This document shows, piece after piece, positions 1 to 10,906 of a stretch of 64,000 nt of DNA. Under the pieces are notes generated by a model. That model was not told the origin of the DNA. It did not search any database and saw nothing but the letters and a program-made list of their open reading frames with translations. Made by a program: the position numbers and the translations under genes. Where the stretch lies: positions 310,001 through 374,000 of the forward strand of contig JALMLS010000577.1 in the NCBI GenBank assembly GCA_038496445.1, in the 5' to 3' direction. Source of the DNA: Trichosphaerium sp. ATCC 40318 (lineage: Eukaryota > Protista > Tubulinea). Within the stretch, counting starts at the first letter, position 1; each line of letters opens with the position of its first letter.

Positions 1-974
1 TCAATCGTTGGTGTTGTAGAGTTATAATAACCGTGAATACAAATAATGCTGGCTAATGTTGTTTTAATCTGTTGGCTATGATTTTTATGAGGTTACCAGC
101 CAATAATCTCGTATGATACGAGGATGTATCATTGGGTTGCGAACCACGTGATTTTATTTTCAAACTTGACACTGGCTCTGTCTCGTTAAGTTGTTATTCT
201 TAGGGTGATCAATACACGCTGTCGCCTATTGTACTGAGCGGTGATTGGGCTTATTTTAGTCAGAGAAGCGCTTTGTGGTTGTTGCTGTCTTAAATGAAAA
301 GGTAGCCTGCTAATACTCATCCCACGCTTTAATGGCCTCCAAGAGGTTGATGGACGATGAAAGATTACTCCCTTACCGTTGCTTGTTCGTTCCTGAGCTA
401 GAGTGCTTCTTATCGCTGTCCATTTTTGCAGAATCAATGCAACATGGGATATAGTTTTCAGATTGCACGTTTACATTGTGGCACGATACTTCTTTAGATG
501 GCAAGAGTGATAACCTATTGTTGATTGATGATGTCCATTACGTGTAAGAATCGATCAATGATAACATTCCGCGCTTCAATCATGCGAGTGGGAACACTGT
601 AGTACATATGAAAAGTGATATAACTGATCAACTACAATTTTCGATTAAAATTCAGATAACTCCCTTCTAGGCGCTTTAAACCAACGTATCCATGATTAAT
701 AAGCGTTTTCCGAGCAATTGAAGTCTATTGTCCAAAAGTGGAATTCTGTACTTTGTTATTTTCTGACAATACAACAAAGGTTTGGAAATTCTCAGTCTTG
801 GCTCTTTCAAGGCGTGTATATGTGATTGTTGTATTGTTGAGTGATATCAATTATTAAAAACGCATTGTCTGTGCCCCTTTTTTAATATTTCACTCAGCTA
901 TCACTCAGCGGTTGAAACCATTCATTTATTTAAGATACAACAAGCACAACAACAACTCTCCAAACAAATAAACA

Positions 975-1972
975 ATGGAAACCGTACAACAAGCAACCAA
1001 CAAAACTTTTCAACTTGGAAGAGGAGTATGGAATGTGCCAATGTGTAAGCTTCTCCAACTGTACAAGAACTTGTTCTTGTGCGAAGATAAGGTACAGTAC
1101 AAAGCATTCAAACAGTATGCGAGCGTTCATTGTCTAATGTTTTGTTAGCTCCAATTTTCAATCTGCAAAGAGACAAAGTCTTTATATCTCGTATGGCCTC
1201 AACCTGGATCTCCTGTCGGCGGACCTGTCAGAGTGGGCAAACATGTGAGCATTGAAAAAGCAATAAACGAGAATAACAAAGGTACGTTAATCATGACAAC
1301 ATTTATATCGTACAATGGTACTTATTTTGTTTTGTTTTAGGCCTTTTCTATGTCAACGCTTTCGAAACAAAGTTCACTCTTCAAACGCTTTACTACATTG
1401 GTATGAGAGGTGAAAGACCTCCTATTGGAACACTTCTCGTATCTATCAAGGGCGATCCGAGTTGTATCAATCATGTCGAACCAGCAACACCAAAACAAAA
1501 AGTGGCTTCTTCACTATGTCGTATTACCACATGTAACGGCACAAATGGGTATGGAGATATCAAGAAGTTGTGTGTATGTAGAAGACCAAAACACCATTGT
1601 CAACCAATACACACAGTAGACAATATGCGTGTAAAGTCAAGTGAGAAAAAAGCACACAAAGCGTTCTTGATCTCTCAAAAGAAACACGTGTACCTCGATC
1701 CAAAATACATCGATAATGTGCTCATCAAATATTTGGATGGAGACAAAAATGCAAGTTTACACAGAAACTTCTCATTCAGATGTCCTCATTGCCTTGAAAA
1801 GTCGTTCACATATGATGAATTGATGAAACACACTAATGATTCTCATGACTATCGTCAAATGATCAAGAATGTGCCTCAACTCATTCCAGGACCTGGCGGA
1901 AATCCAGGTGTATGGATTGACAATCCTTGGTGGGAGAAAGCACATTATGATTGGACCCAATTCTGCATGTAA
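975..1972 (+). CDS. Hypothetical Cys/His-rich protein with C-terminal C2H2-type zinc finger (copy 1 of a dispersed family; 3 exons)
   Basis: ATG 975 (METVQQATNK). GT-AG introns at ~1091-1149 and ~1282-1340 join in frame to ORF 1403..1972, which has CPHC-x12-H-x4-H. Close paralog at 22930-23926. Confidence 0.7.
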
Positions 1973-2193
1973 CTCTAGAAACGTCTTGTAATTAAAGCCA
2001 CAAATAAAGACCACACTAAACTGTATATTTCTATTACTTTCACATCACATATGTCAACATGGATGATTACAATATTGAGAAGCACTGTGTTTTACAGTAC
2101 CCGCCAAATTCAATAAATTCAAAGTGATCAAAAAGCACATTGACAGAAAATTGACAAAAAAATAAAGGTGACGAAAGTTGACATTTTATCTAC

Positions 2194-3366
2194 CTACCAC
2201 TGATGGATTGTGGCATTAACAGCTTTCTTTACATCATCTGACACAGCCGTCTTTGTAAGGTGTATATTACTAACACCTATAAGTGCAAGTACCCCTTCAT
2301 CTGTTACCTTGGTGTAAAGGAGATCAATTGTATGAACACCAGCCAATGCCTTTACACTTTCATCTGTTACTTTTGTACGTCGCAAGTTTATACAATGAAC
2401 TCCAGCAAGAGCGGTTACACCGTCATCGCTTACCTTAGTATAATTGAGGTTTATAGTATGAACACCAGCAAGTGCCTTAACACCTTCATCAGTTACCTTT
2501 GTGTCATTGAGATTGATAGTATGAACACCGGCCAATGCCTTTACACTATCAGTTACTTTTGTACGTCTCAAGTTTATAGAGTAGACTCCAGCGAGAGCGC
2601 TTACATCTTCGACTTGTGTAAAAGATAAGTCAATCGTATGAACACCAGCAAGATGCATCAGTTGAGAACCACTTATTTTTGTACGTGACAAGTTAATCGT
2701 ATGAACTCCAGAAAGTGCTGCTAACTCTGTTACCCGTGTGTTAGATAAATCTATTGTATGGACTCCAGATATATGTTTTAAGTGTTGATCACGTATTTTG
2801 GTACTTGAAAGGTTGATGTCATGAACGCCAGACAAGTACTTTAGACCCCAACCACTAAGTTTTGTTGAAGACAAGCTAATAGTATGAACACCGGACAAGT
2901 GTTTTAGTCCTTTATCTACTATCATGCCACGTGACAAGTCAACGTGTTTTACACCTTCAATATACTTTAAAGCTTCTAAGGCTTTATCGTATTTAAGAAA
3001 CTTGAGGTTTATTTTAAGTCTCGTGTTCTTAAGTACGCCTGGCATTGATGACAGATTTGAAACCATTGACACTCTGGTTAGATTTGCTCTTTTAAACCCA
3101 ATAATGTTATGAATAATAGATGAGAGTGTTAGACAACAAGCTACAACGGTGAAGCGCGTTTTATCGGTTGTTTTCTCCAAAAGCATTGCTAATAGTTCTG
3201 GCGGGAGATCCACAAGGCGTGTGGGTTCATTTTCGTATCTATTGCGCGGTTTTAGCAATCAAGAGTTTATAAAGATGTATCGTCAATACTGACCTCGCTG
3301 TTGACTCCATTTTCGTTTGGTAGTGTTGAAGTCTTCAAATGTTAACAAGAAAGTGCTTGACGACAT
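2194..3366 (-). CDS. F-box + leucine-rich repeat protein (LAGVHTIxLxxTxVTDEGVKA-type repeats)
   Basis: ORF 2194..3258 has an F-box-like LVDLPPELL motif and ~12 LRRs. Probable first exon from ATG 3366 (MSSSTFLLTF...) with a GT-AG intron at ~3293-3239. Confidence 0.8.
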
Positions 3367-3378
3367 TTATTCTTGTTA

Positions 3379-3744
3379 GGGGCAGCACAGTTTTTGTGTA
3401 ATTTGTACAATTTGTACAATTTGCCGAATTGCCTGAAATTACAGAATTTGCGAAAATACCTAAAATTACAAGGTAGAAAATAAATTGGCAGCACTGGCAA
3501 TACCTTTTCTCACCACTGCATTAACGAAATAATTTCTCACTACTTCACAGTACTCTATAGTATATTGTATACTATGAGGCACAATCAAAAGTACAACAAT
3601 GATTGCAGTGATGAGAAATAGCATGGTAAAGATTCCATAAAATGCAGTAAAAGTAGCAAATTGCCATTTTGCGAATTTCTGCAAGTTCTGCAATTTCTAC
3701 AATTTTGACAAATTGTAAACTTTGTGCAAAAACTGTGCTGGCCC
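3379..3744. mobile_element. Non-autonomous MITE, PIF/Harbinger (Tourist)-like
   Basis: TIRs GGGGCAGCACAGTTTTTG (3379) and GGGCCAGCACAGTTTTTG (reverse complement ending 3744). TTA direct repeats at 3376-3378 and 3745-3747. ~9-bp AATTTGYA-like subterminal repeats at both ends. No transposase. Confidence 0.8.
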
Positions 3745-4182
3745 TTAATTGATGAAGTTGTTCGATCAACTACACGTGCTTTGAGACATAGTCAATTTAT
3801 CACGTGCAGAAGTATTTTGATGTCAAAGTAGCTTGTTGGTTGGTGCCGCGTGCTTGTTGCTATTGGAAATGTTATATTTGAAAAGGTAAGCATTGCTAGT
3901 ATGATTGTCAATTGTAGTTTGACTACAAAGACAAAAAGCCTGAAGTCGTATTTCAGTATGTGAGATAGATTACATGCGCCGTCCAAGAGCTTTTATACAC
4001 CTTATACTCTGGTGAGTGCTTGAGGGTTGATAGCAAGTATTAGATACATCCGTTCTTACTATCAAAACTGACTTCGCAACTTGATCATAGCGTACTTTGT
4101 GCTTCTCACATATTACATACTAATGACACGAATTGCATTTGTCGTTTTTATTCTACAGTTTGTATTGCTTGTTGCTGTTTTA

Positions 4183-6691
4183 TTAAATCTTATTCATGGG
4201 CGTTTCTGTAGTAGACACACTTGTATTTGCAGAGGAAGGAGTCATTTTGGTACTTGCCATATTCCAAATAGGTCGGAAATAGCTTAAAATAAGATTCCTG
4301 AACGATCTACGAATTAAATTAAAAAAAGAACAATAAAAGAATAAAGGGTTTTTGCTTATTTTTAGTTGTAGTATCACGTGCTTTGCAAATAAGAAACCTA
4401 TGAATAGCACAATTCCAGCGCCTTTATAAATGTTAGTTATATCACGTAAAAAAGAGTACTAACCTCCAATGCATAAGATAAAGATGATAGTGCCAGTAAC
4501 GTTTAAAAAGTCTTGTTGAAAACAGATATCAATATTGTTAGGGTTTTCAATGATGCACGCCTCATGATCAACATCCGTAACATCAATTTGCTCATCAGCC
4601 CATCCACGATATCTACGAATCCATATAAATGCATTTTCTTGAAATGAGAAGACAAAACATGCAAAGGAAGGAAGTAAAAGTAAAAAAAAATTAGTGAGAA
4701 TAAAATGATGTTTAGATCTTTGTTCTACAAGCGCCTGTAAAAAAAATAATCGTACGCCATTATGTATAACATTACACCAAAATATATAGTTATATGAGCA
4801 ATTGCTATATTCCTAGTCTGGTTCCTACTCTTGTTACTTGTACCAACATCCGGTTGCTAAATAATTAGTTAGTGTCATGTATTCTCAAGTCTGTTACGCA
4901 CAGTATAGAGGTGATATATCAAGTATATAAAGCACAATACTGCAATTAATGTTGATGGAATAAGAGGAATGCCAAAAAAAAGTAGCCAATGTGCCCAATA
5001 TGGATTTAGCGATACTGCAACAAAGTCTTATAAAAAGAACGTTTGTAAGGTTTAATCTTATTATACCGAAGCAAAACGAGAATCCTGGTAAGGCTTCTAT
5101 TAGCCCTGAAACAAGTGCGATGAATGTAATGATACCAGGTATTCCCCATAAAGAGCAATGCACACTCTGAAATATGATTAAAACAACAAAGTCATTATCC
5201 AAAATGAACAAAAAAAAAAAAGAGACTGATTGCTTACTACTCTGTAATATAGTGGGAGCTTTCCAGTTATGTTCTTTACTCCTCTATGAGTTACATAAGC
5301 AACGTTAATAGCCATTAGAACCCATGATATGATGAGCTGATTAGCAGCAAATATCAGAACGACACCTTTTGTGGTTTAGTTTAAATAAAGACAATTGCAA
5401 AGCTGTTACCTTGAATTGTACACGGAATATGCCATGCATGTGCCATACGTGCATTGTTCTCACATGTTATAAAACTGGGAGCTATGTTACCAATAAAAAC
5501 GCAGAATCCAGTGGCAAAGGCATCAGCTGTAATAACTGGAAAGAACTGTGTTTGAAACTTTCTGTATCTATTGATTGTTTTTAAGTATTTACCTACCATT
5601 CCACTAAACAGCGTACTTGTACGTACTTTGTACTTCCCATGAACATCAAAAAACTTAACAAAGATAAGACCATACCAATTATACTCGAGGTCAATGAGAA
5701 AACATCCATCAACCTCTGTGATGAGGCTACAAACCAACATTAGCAAACAAGCACATTGTTGTTTCTCATACTTGAAAAAGCTGGTGGCGGACAAGAAAAA
5801 CAAGGTGCTCCATCTAAGGATGTTAAGTACTTTGATATTTAAATATTTATTATAGTACTGTGTGTTATTTCAGAAGTCTTCGGATCAGGGAAAAGTCTTG
5901 GAGGGAAACATGTCAATGTACTAACAACTTGTGCTACCAACAATAATCAGTAAGATTCGAAATGTATAAATTAGTTGTACTTGAGTTGGTTGATGTTTCA
6001 TTACACGTCTGTGATACCATTGTTTCATCCTGGCAATCAGGGAGTACCAGATCGCTTGACAGAGATAGGAAAGGTTCACAGTTTATAGTGAGAGCCTCGC
6101 AAGTATCAACACAAGGAAGTGCTATGCCATTTGGAAGCGAATCATTACAAAGATTGAAACCACTTTGACATGCAAACAAAACAATAAAATTCTTGCACGT
6201 GGTCCCGCCAGCAAGATCAAGTATGTCTATTCCTTCTAGTTCTACTTCAATATCACTATTTTTAAGATAAATCAGAGCTCCAAAACTCAGAGAAGGTTCG
6301 AGATTTCGAAAATAATTTCAATGAAAGTGACTATATTAGGTCGTTGGGGGAAAGGTGGTCTTACGCTTGGATACTTGATTGTGTTTCGTTTTCGGGCAGA
6401 TAAAATGGCGTCTGGTCAGAAACAATGGAATCGCATCTATACAACTGTTTTAACAATAAAATACCCGTAAAAGGAAGTATAGAGCTGCTGCTAAGCCGAG
6501 AGGTGGTTGGGACTTCCTTTGGAGATAAAACTATTAAATAAACGCTCTGAGCGTTTTAGTTTATAACAAAGATAAGCTACGCGCCTGTGTGGAGTCCCTG
6601 TTACGTTATGTACGTAAGGAGTGCAGTTTCCTTTTACTGTGACACCAATACAACAAAGAACCAATAAGACGTATTGAGATGCCGTCGCCAT
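4183..6691 (-). CDS. Frizzled/Smoothened-like seven-transmembrane receptor (multi-exon)
   Basis: Signal peptide MATASQYVLLVLCCIG; CRD-like Cys spacing (FACQSGFNLC...LPCVDTCEALTINC...LPDC); CFSCPPPAF linker; several hydrophobic exons (e.g. HCSLWGIPGIITFIAL). Confidence 0.65.
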
Positions 6692-7063
6692 TGTTATTCA
6701 AATAAAAATTGTACACGTTTTGACGTTTTTTTTTGATGCTACTTCGCTACTGGCTTAATCAAATCCTTTCCGGGCCTAAGTTTAGATTCAGGGCGAATCT
6801 TATTTATTTAAAAACCAGCGCTTGGACAACTTTTTCTCAATGTATTCTTGGACTTGATTTTCTAAGTATTTTTCAAAATCAAAAAACTTGGCCAAGTTTT
6901 AGCAAATAGTACGTTTGCTTCAAAGAAAAACACAAGCTTTCCATTCTTGGTTGAGTACTGTATGTATAAATGAGCATATGTATATCCGATACATGCTTCT
7001 GATTGAACAGGGAAACGGATAAAGAGGACTTTGTATTTGTTCGAATGTTTTACAATCTATTTT

Positions 7064-7975
7064 TTATAACACTCGAGAACCTTCAAGCAATGTAGGGTAC
7101 ATCTGGCGTCCATTTTTGTAAAACACGTGTTCAAAACTTCCTGATGAGTATGTATAGTGATCACTCATTGATTTCTTAAACCAACCTTCTTCTTTTCCAT
7201 TGACATAAGCACCAGATATTAGCACGTTCCCAAAACGATCGTATACTATATACTGACCATGAAGCTTACCCTTGTCATAATTGCTTGCTATACTGAGCAC
7301 ATTTCTTTTACGGTGATGATACTTTCTATACGGACCATGTAAGACACCATTGACATACATTCTAGTCTCCACAACTTGTTTATTCCCATCAAAAATACTC
7401 TTAAACTGACCTTCCATTTTACCATTCTTATAAAAACACGTGTAAGAAATGCCTTGTTGTTGGAATTGTTTATACTCTCCTTCTAGCTTACCGTCAACAT
7501 AAAAGCAGTGTCTTTGTAGTCGACCATTGTTGTACCATCTCTTTACTTCGCCATGAAGTAATCCGTTCCTAAAAAAGCACTTTCTCTTTAGCAAAGGCTT
7601 CGAGGGCTTAATATATTGACCGTTATGGCCCCTACGTTTGTAAGGATTACAACCATAGTAAGCTATATTCTCTCCTTCACGGACTCCATTGACATAAAAG
7701 CAAGTTTCTTTCAACACGCCATTAGTGTACCAACTTTTGTATGATCCTACCATTTTTCCTTCGTCAAATGAACACGTGACACAATGTCCAATCCATTTGC
7801 CATGTTTCTCCAAGTTAAAAGTAAATCTACTTGTTACCGCAGCTTGATAACAAAGTAGCGGCCACAATACGTATACCTCTGCGGAAAGGTCTATAATCTG
7901 GTGTAATAATTCGGTAGGTAACTTAAATATCCCATCATTACATAATCTGGCCTCTACAGTACAATTTTGGGACAT
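7064..7975 (-). CDS. F-box-like N-terminus + MORN-variant (MORN_2/YwqK-like) repeat protein, single ORF
   Basis: IFKLPTELLHQII motif followed by repeats such as YVNGVREG and WYNNGRL. Paralog of 52208..53068. Confidence 0.75.
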   Translation of the reverse strand: MSQNCTVEARLCNDGIFKLPTELLHQIIDLSAEVYVLWPLLCYQAAVTSRFTFNLEKHGKWIGHCVTCSFDEGKMVGSYKSWYTNGVLKETCFYVNGVREGENIAYYGCNPYKRRGHNGQYIKPSKPLLKRKCFFRNGLLHGEVKRWYNNGRLQRHCFYVDGKLEGEYKQFQQQGISYTCFYKNGKMEGQFKSIFDGNKQVVETRMYVNGVLHGPYRKYHHRKRNVLSIASNYDKGKLHGQYIVYDRFGNVLISGAYVNGKEEGWFKKSMSDHYTYSSGSFEHVFYKNGRQMYPTLLEGSRVL

Positions 7976-8288
7976 ATTTGAAGATTGTCGCGTTGCTATT
8001 GAAGTACAAGAGATGTTTTAAATACTATTTACCCGCGAAATTAACCGGTAAGTGCTGTCGTTCTTTAACGCCAAAACCGCTCTTAAACAGACTTAATACA
8101 ATTGCTTAAGTTCACGTTTTCTTATGTTGGTATCATCGCACTTAAAATGGTGAAGGCATGTGATGCGTAAGTATCGTATCGACTGATATTAAGGTACAAT
8201 ATACACATGATAAGTACACATTTTCATACTGTGATGTGAACGTACATCAGTACGGGAAGATATGTTTAATTTGGTTTTTTATTAAAAG

Positions 8289-8740
8289 TTACATGCAGAA
8301 TTGGGTCCAATCATAATGTGCTTTCTCCCACCAAGGATTATCAATCCATACACCTGGATTTCCACCAGGTCCTGGAATGAGTTGAGGCACATTCTTGATC
8401 ATTTGACGATAGTCGTGAGAATCATTAGTGTGTTTCATCAATTCATCATATGTGAACGACTTTTCAAGGCAATGAGGACATCTGAATGAGAAGTTTCTGT
8501 GTAAACTTGCATTTTGTCTCCATCCAAATATTTGATGAGCACATTATCGACGTATTTCGGATCGAGGTAAACGTGTTTCATTTGAGATATCAAGAACGCT
8601 TTGTGTGCTTTTTTCTCACTTGACTTTACACGCATGTTGTCTACTGTGTGTATTGGTTGACAATGGTGTTTTGGTCTTCTACATACACACAACTTCTTGA
8701 TATCTCCATACCCATTTGTGCCGTTGCATGTGAGAATACG
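8289..8740 (-). pseudogene. 5'-truncated inverted copy of the C2H2-finger gene (copy 3)
   Basis: Nearly identical to 1520-1972 in reverse orientation. 1-nt deletion in an A-run near 8513 shifts the frame. No 5' exons. Confidence 0.75.
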
Positions 8741-9117
8741 TGTAAGAGAGACGTTGCCTTACTTGTAGGATAATAGCGTTAGTACATTCAGAGAAATACA
8801 CAATCAAAAAATGCATTTGTGTATTTCGTCAAAGTTCGCTATGAATATCTTCGTGGAAATACTTGGAAAGAGTGCATACTAAACATGGTGACGTTGCACG
8901 TTACAGTTGTCATTGGTCAACAGGTGTTTATTAAAATTTGTTAAGTTACGTATTTTTTTTTGTTACGAACAGGCTGCTTAACTTGTACTCGTACCTTAAT
9001 ATCACAGCCTAAACGCTCCTTTCGCAGCACATACCGCCTCCATTCTAGATATTGGCGTATAAAAGTACATTTTAACCATTAGAGACGTCCTTAATACCAT
9101 CACAAAGACGATATACA

Positions 9118-10320
9118 ATGCTTCCTATTTCAACACGTTATAAAATAGACAACGTCGCACGCGATAATTTGTTGCGGCTACCTACGGAGATATTAACGCA
9201 TATTTTGCTTCAAACATCATACAAATCACGATTTGCAGCTTGTCAAACCTGTCGTTTATTCGCTTCTATTGTTCACGACGTTATCGGATACACCGCTATC
9301 AGGGTTGAAACTGTAGACCAAGTAAAATCAGTTGTAAAACATCGTGGGATTCTGAAAAACACCTGGATAGACCTTAGCTCATGTGATTTTGACGAAACCA
9401 GCATCAAACAATTTGCTGGAGTTCATACTATAGACCTCGAATGCGCTACAGTAACTGACGAAGGCATTAAAGCACTTGCTGGCGTTCATGCTATTGTACT
9501 TGAATCCACTTCAGTAACTGACGAAGGCATTAAAGCACTTGCTGGCGTTCATACTATTTTCCTCGATCATACTTCAGTAACAGGCGAAGGCGTAAAAGCA
9601 CTTGCTGGCGTTCATACTATTTACCTCAATAACACAAAAGTAACAGATGAAGGTGTTAAAGCACTTGCTGGAGTTCATACTATTTACCTCGATAACACTT
9701 CAGTAACAGATGAAGGTGTCAAACCACTTGCTGGCGTTCATACTATTTACCTCAATAACACAAAGGTAACTGACGAAAGCATTAAAGCACTTGCTGGCGT
9801 TCATACTATTAGCCTCAGTAACACTTCAGTAACAGATGAAGGCGTAAAAGCACTTTCTGGCGTTCATAAAATTAATCTCAATAACACTTCAATAACAGAT
9901 GAAGGCGTTAAAGCACTTTCTGGTGTTCATAGTATTTACCTTGCCGGTACTAAAGTAACTGATGAAGGTGTCAAAACTCTTGCAGGAGTTCATTATATCA
10001 GCCTTCATCGTACCGTAGTGACAGATGAAGGTGTTAAAGCACTTGCTGGCGTTCATAGTATTTACCTCAATAGCACTTTAGTAACAGATGAAGGTGTCAA
10101 AGCACTTGCTGGCGTTCATACTATTTACCTCAATAGCACTTCAGTAACAGATGAAGGGGTTAAAGCACTTGTTGGCGTTCATACTATTTACCTCAATTAT
10201 ACTTCAGTAACCAATGAAGGCATCAAAGCGCTTGTTGGTACAAAACATATAAACGTAATTGAAACTGTAGTATCAAGAGAACTAGAAAAAGAATTAAAAG
10301 GAACTCGTATTTATAAATAA
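9118..10320 (+). CDS. F-box + 21-aa leucine-rich repeat protein, intronless
   Basis: LLRLPTEILTHIL F-box motif and ~13 tandem 63-bp repeats of AGVHTIxLxxTxVTDEGVKAL. Confidence 0.85.
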   Translation: MLPISTRYKIDNVARDNLLRLPTEILTHILLQTSYKSRFAACQTCRLFASIVHDVIGYTAIRVETVDQVKSVVKHRGILKNTWIDLSSCDFDETSIKQFAGVHTIDLECATVTDEGIKALAGVHAIVLESTSVTDEGIKALAGVHTIFLDHTSVTGEGVKALAGVHTIYLNNTKVTDEGVKALAGVHTIYLDNTSVTDEGVKPLAGVHTIYLNNTKVTDESIKALAGVHTISLSNTSVTDEGVKALSGVHKINLNNTSITDEGVKALSGVHSIYLAGTKVTDEGVKTLAGVHYISLHRTVVTDEGVKALAGVHSIYLNSTLVTDEGVKALAGVHTIYLNSTSVTDEGVKALVGVHTIYLNYTSVTNEGIKALVGTKHINVIETVVSRELEKELKGTRIYK

Positions 10321-10906
10321 TAACATCACAAATCAAAGTGATACTACAATAAACTTATTAATTCAATTGTGTAAGTACCTGTGATATTACTATAAGTACA
10401 TTTAGGATGTAGTATTGCGCAACCAATGTTAATCATTCAATGAGACCGTGAAATACTGTACTACTATCTTTTGAACAAAGACATTGCTGAATGACTGACA
10501 TGAACATGTGTCACCTATCAAGTTTTGTTTCAACGTACTAACTAGTTGCAATAGCAAAGTATTATTCAGCACCCGAACCCAAATGTCCATCTGAAACAGC
10601 GCTTATTTCCGTGCCAATTGTGCGACAAAGATTATTGAATAAAATTACAATTTCCAGATAGGACTTCATACATAAACTACAAGTACAGTTGCACCAAAAA
10701 AAAAATACCAAGCGCAATGTCACTTGCAATATTGAGTCCTACATATCTTTTTACTATTATAAGATATTGTATGGAGTAAGTTGGGACAGCAACCTTATAG
10801 TGTATTCATTGCATAACGTTTCTTATTCAGTACTTGTGCAACAATAATAGATGATAAAAAGGAGAGTGCCGATTTTATTTTTTTTTTATTTTTTTTCTTC
10901 GAAAGT

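Noticed and set aside
708-1978. Helitron interpretation of the duplicated block (CTAG at ~1975)
   Set aside because: CTAG and a subterminal hairpin are not shared by the other two copies.
9400-10240. Regular 63-bp repeats with variable cores, superficially CRISPR-like or DGR-like
   Set aside because: They are in-frame LRR coding units. There are no cas genes or reverse transcriptase, and the context is eukaryotic.
2194-10320. Contiguous endogenous giant-virus insertion
   Set aside because: No viral hallmark genes (capsid, polB, packaging ATPase), and the virus-like genes are interleaved with intron-rich host genes.
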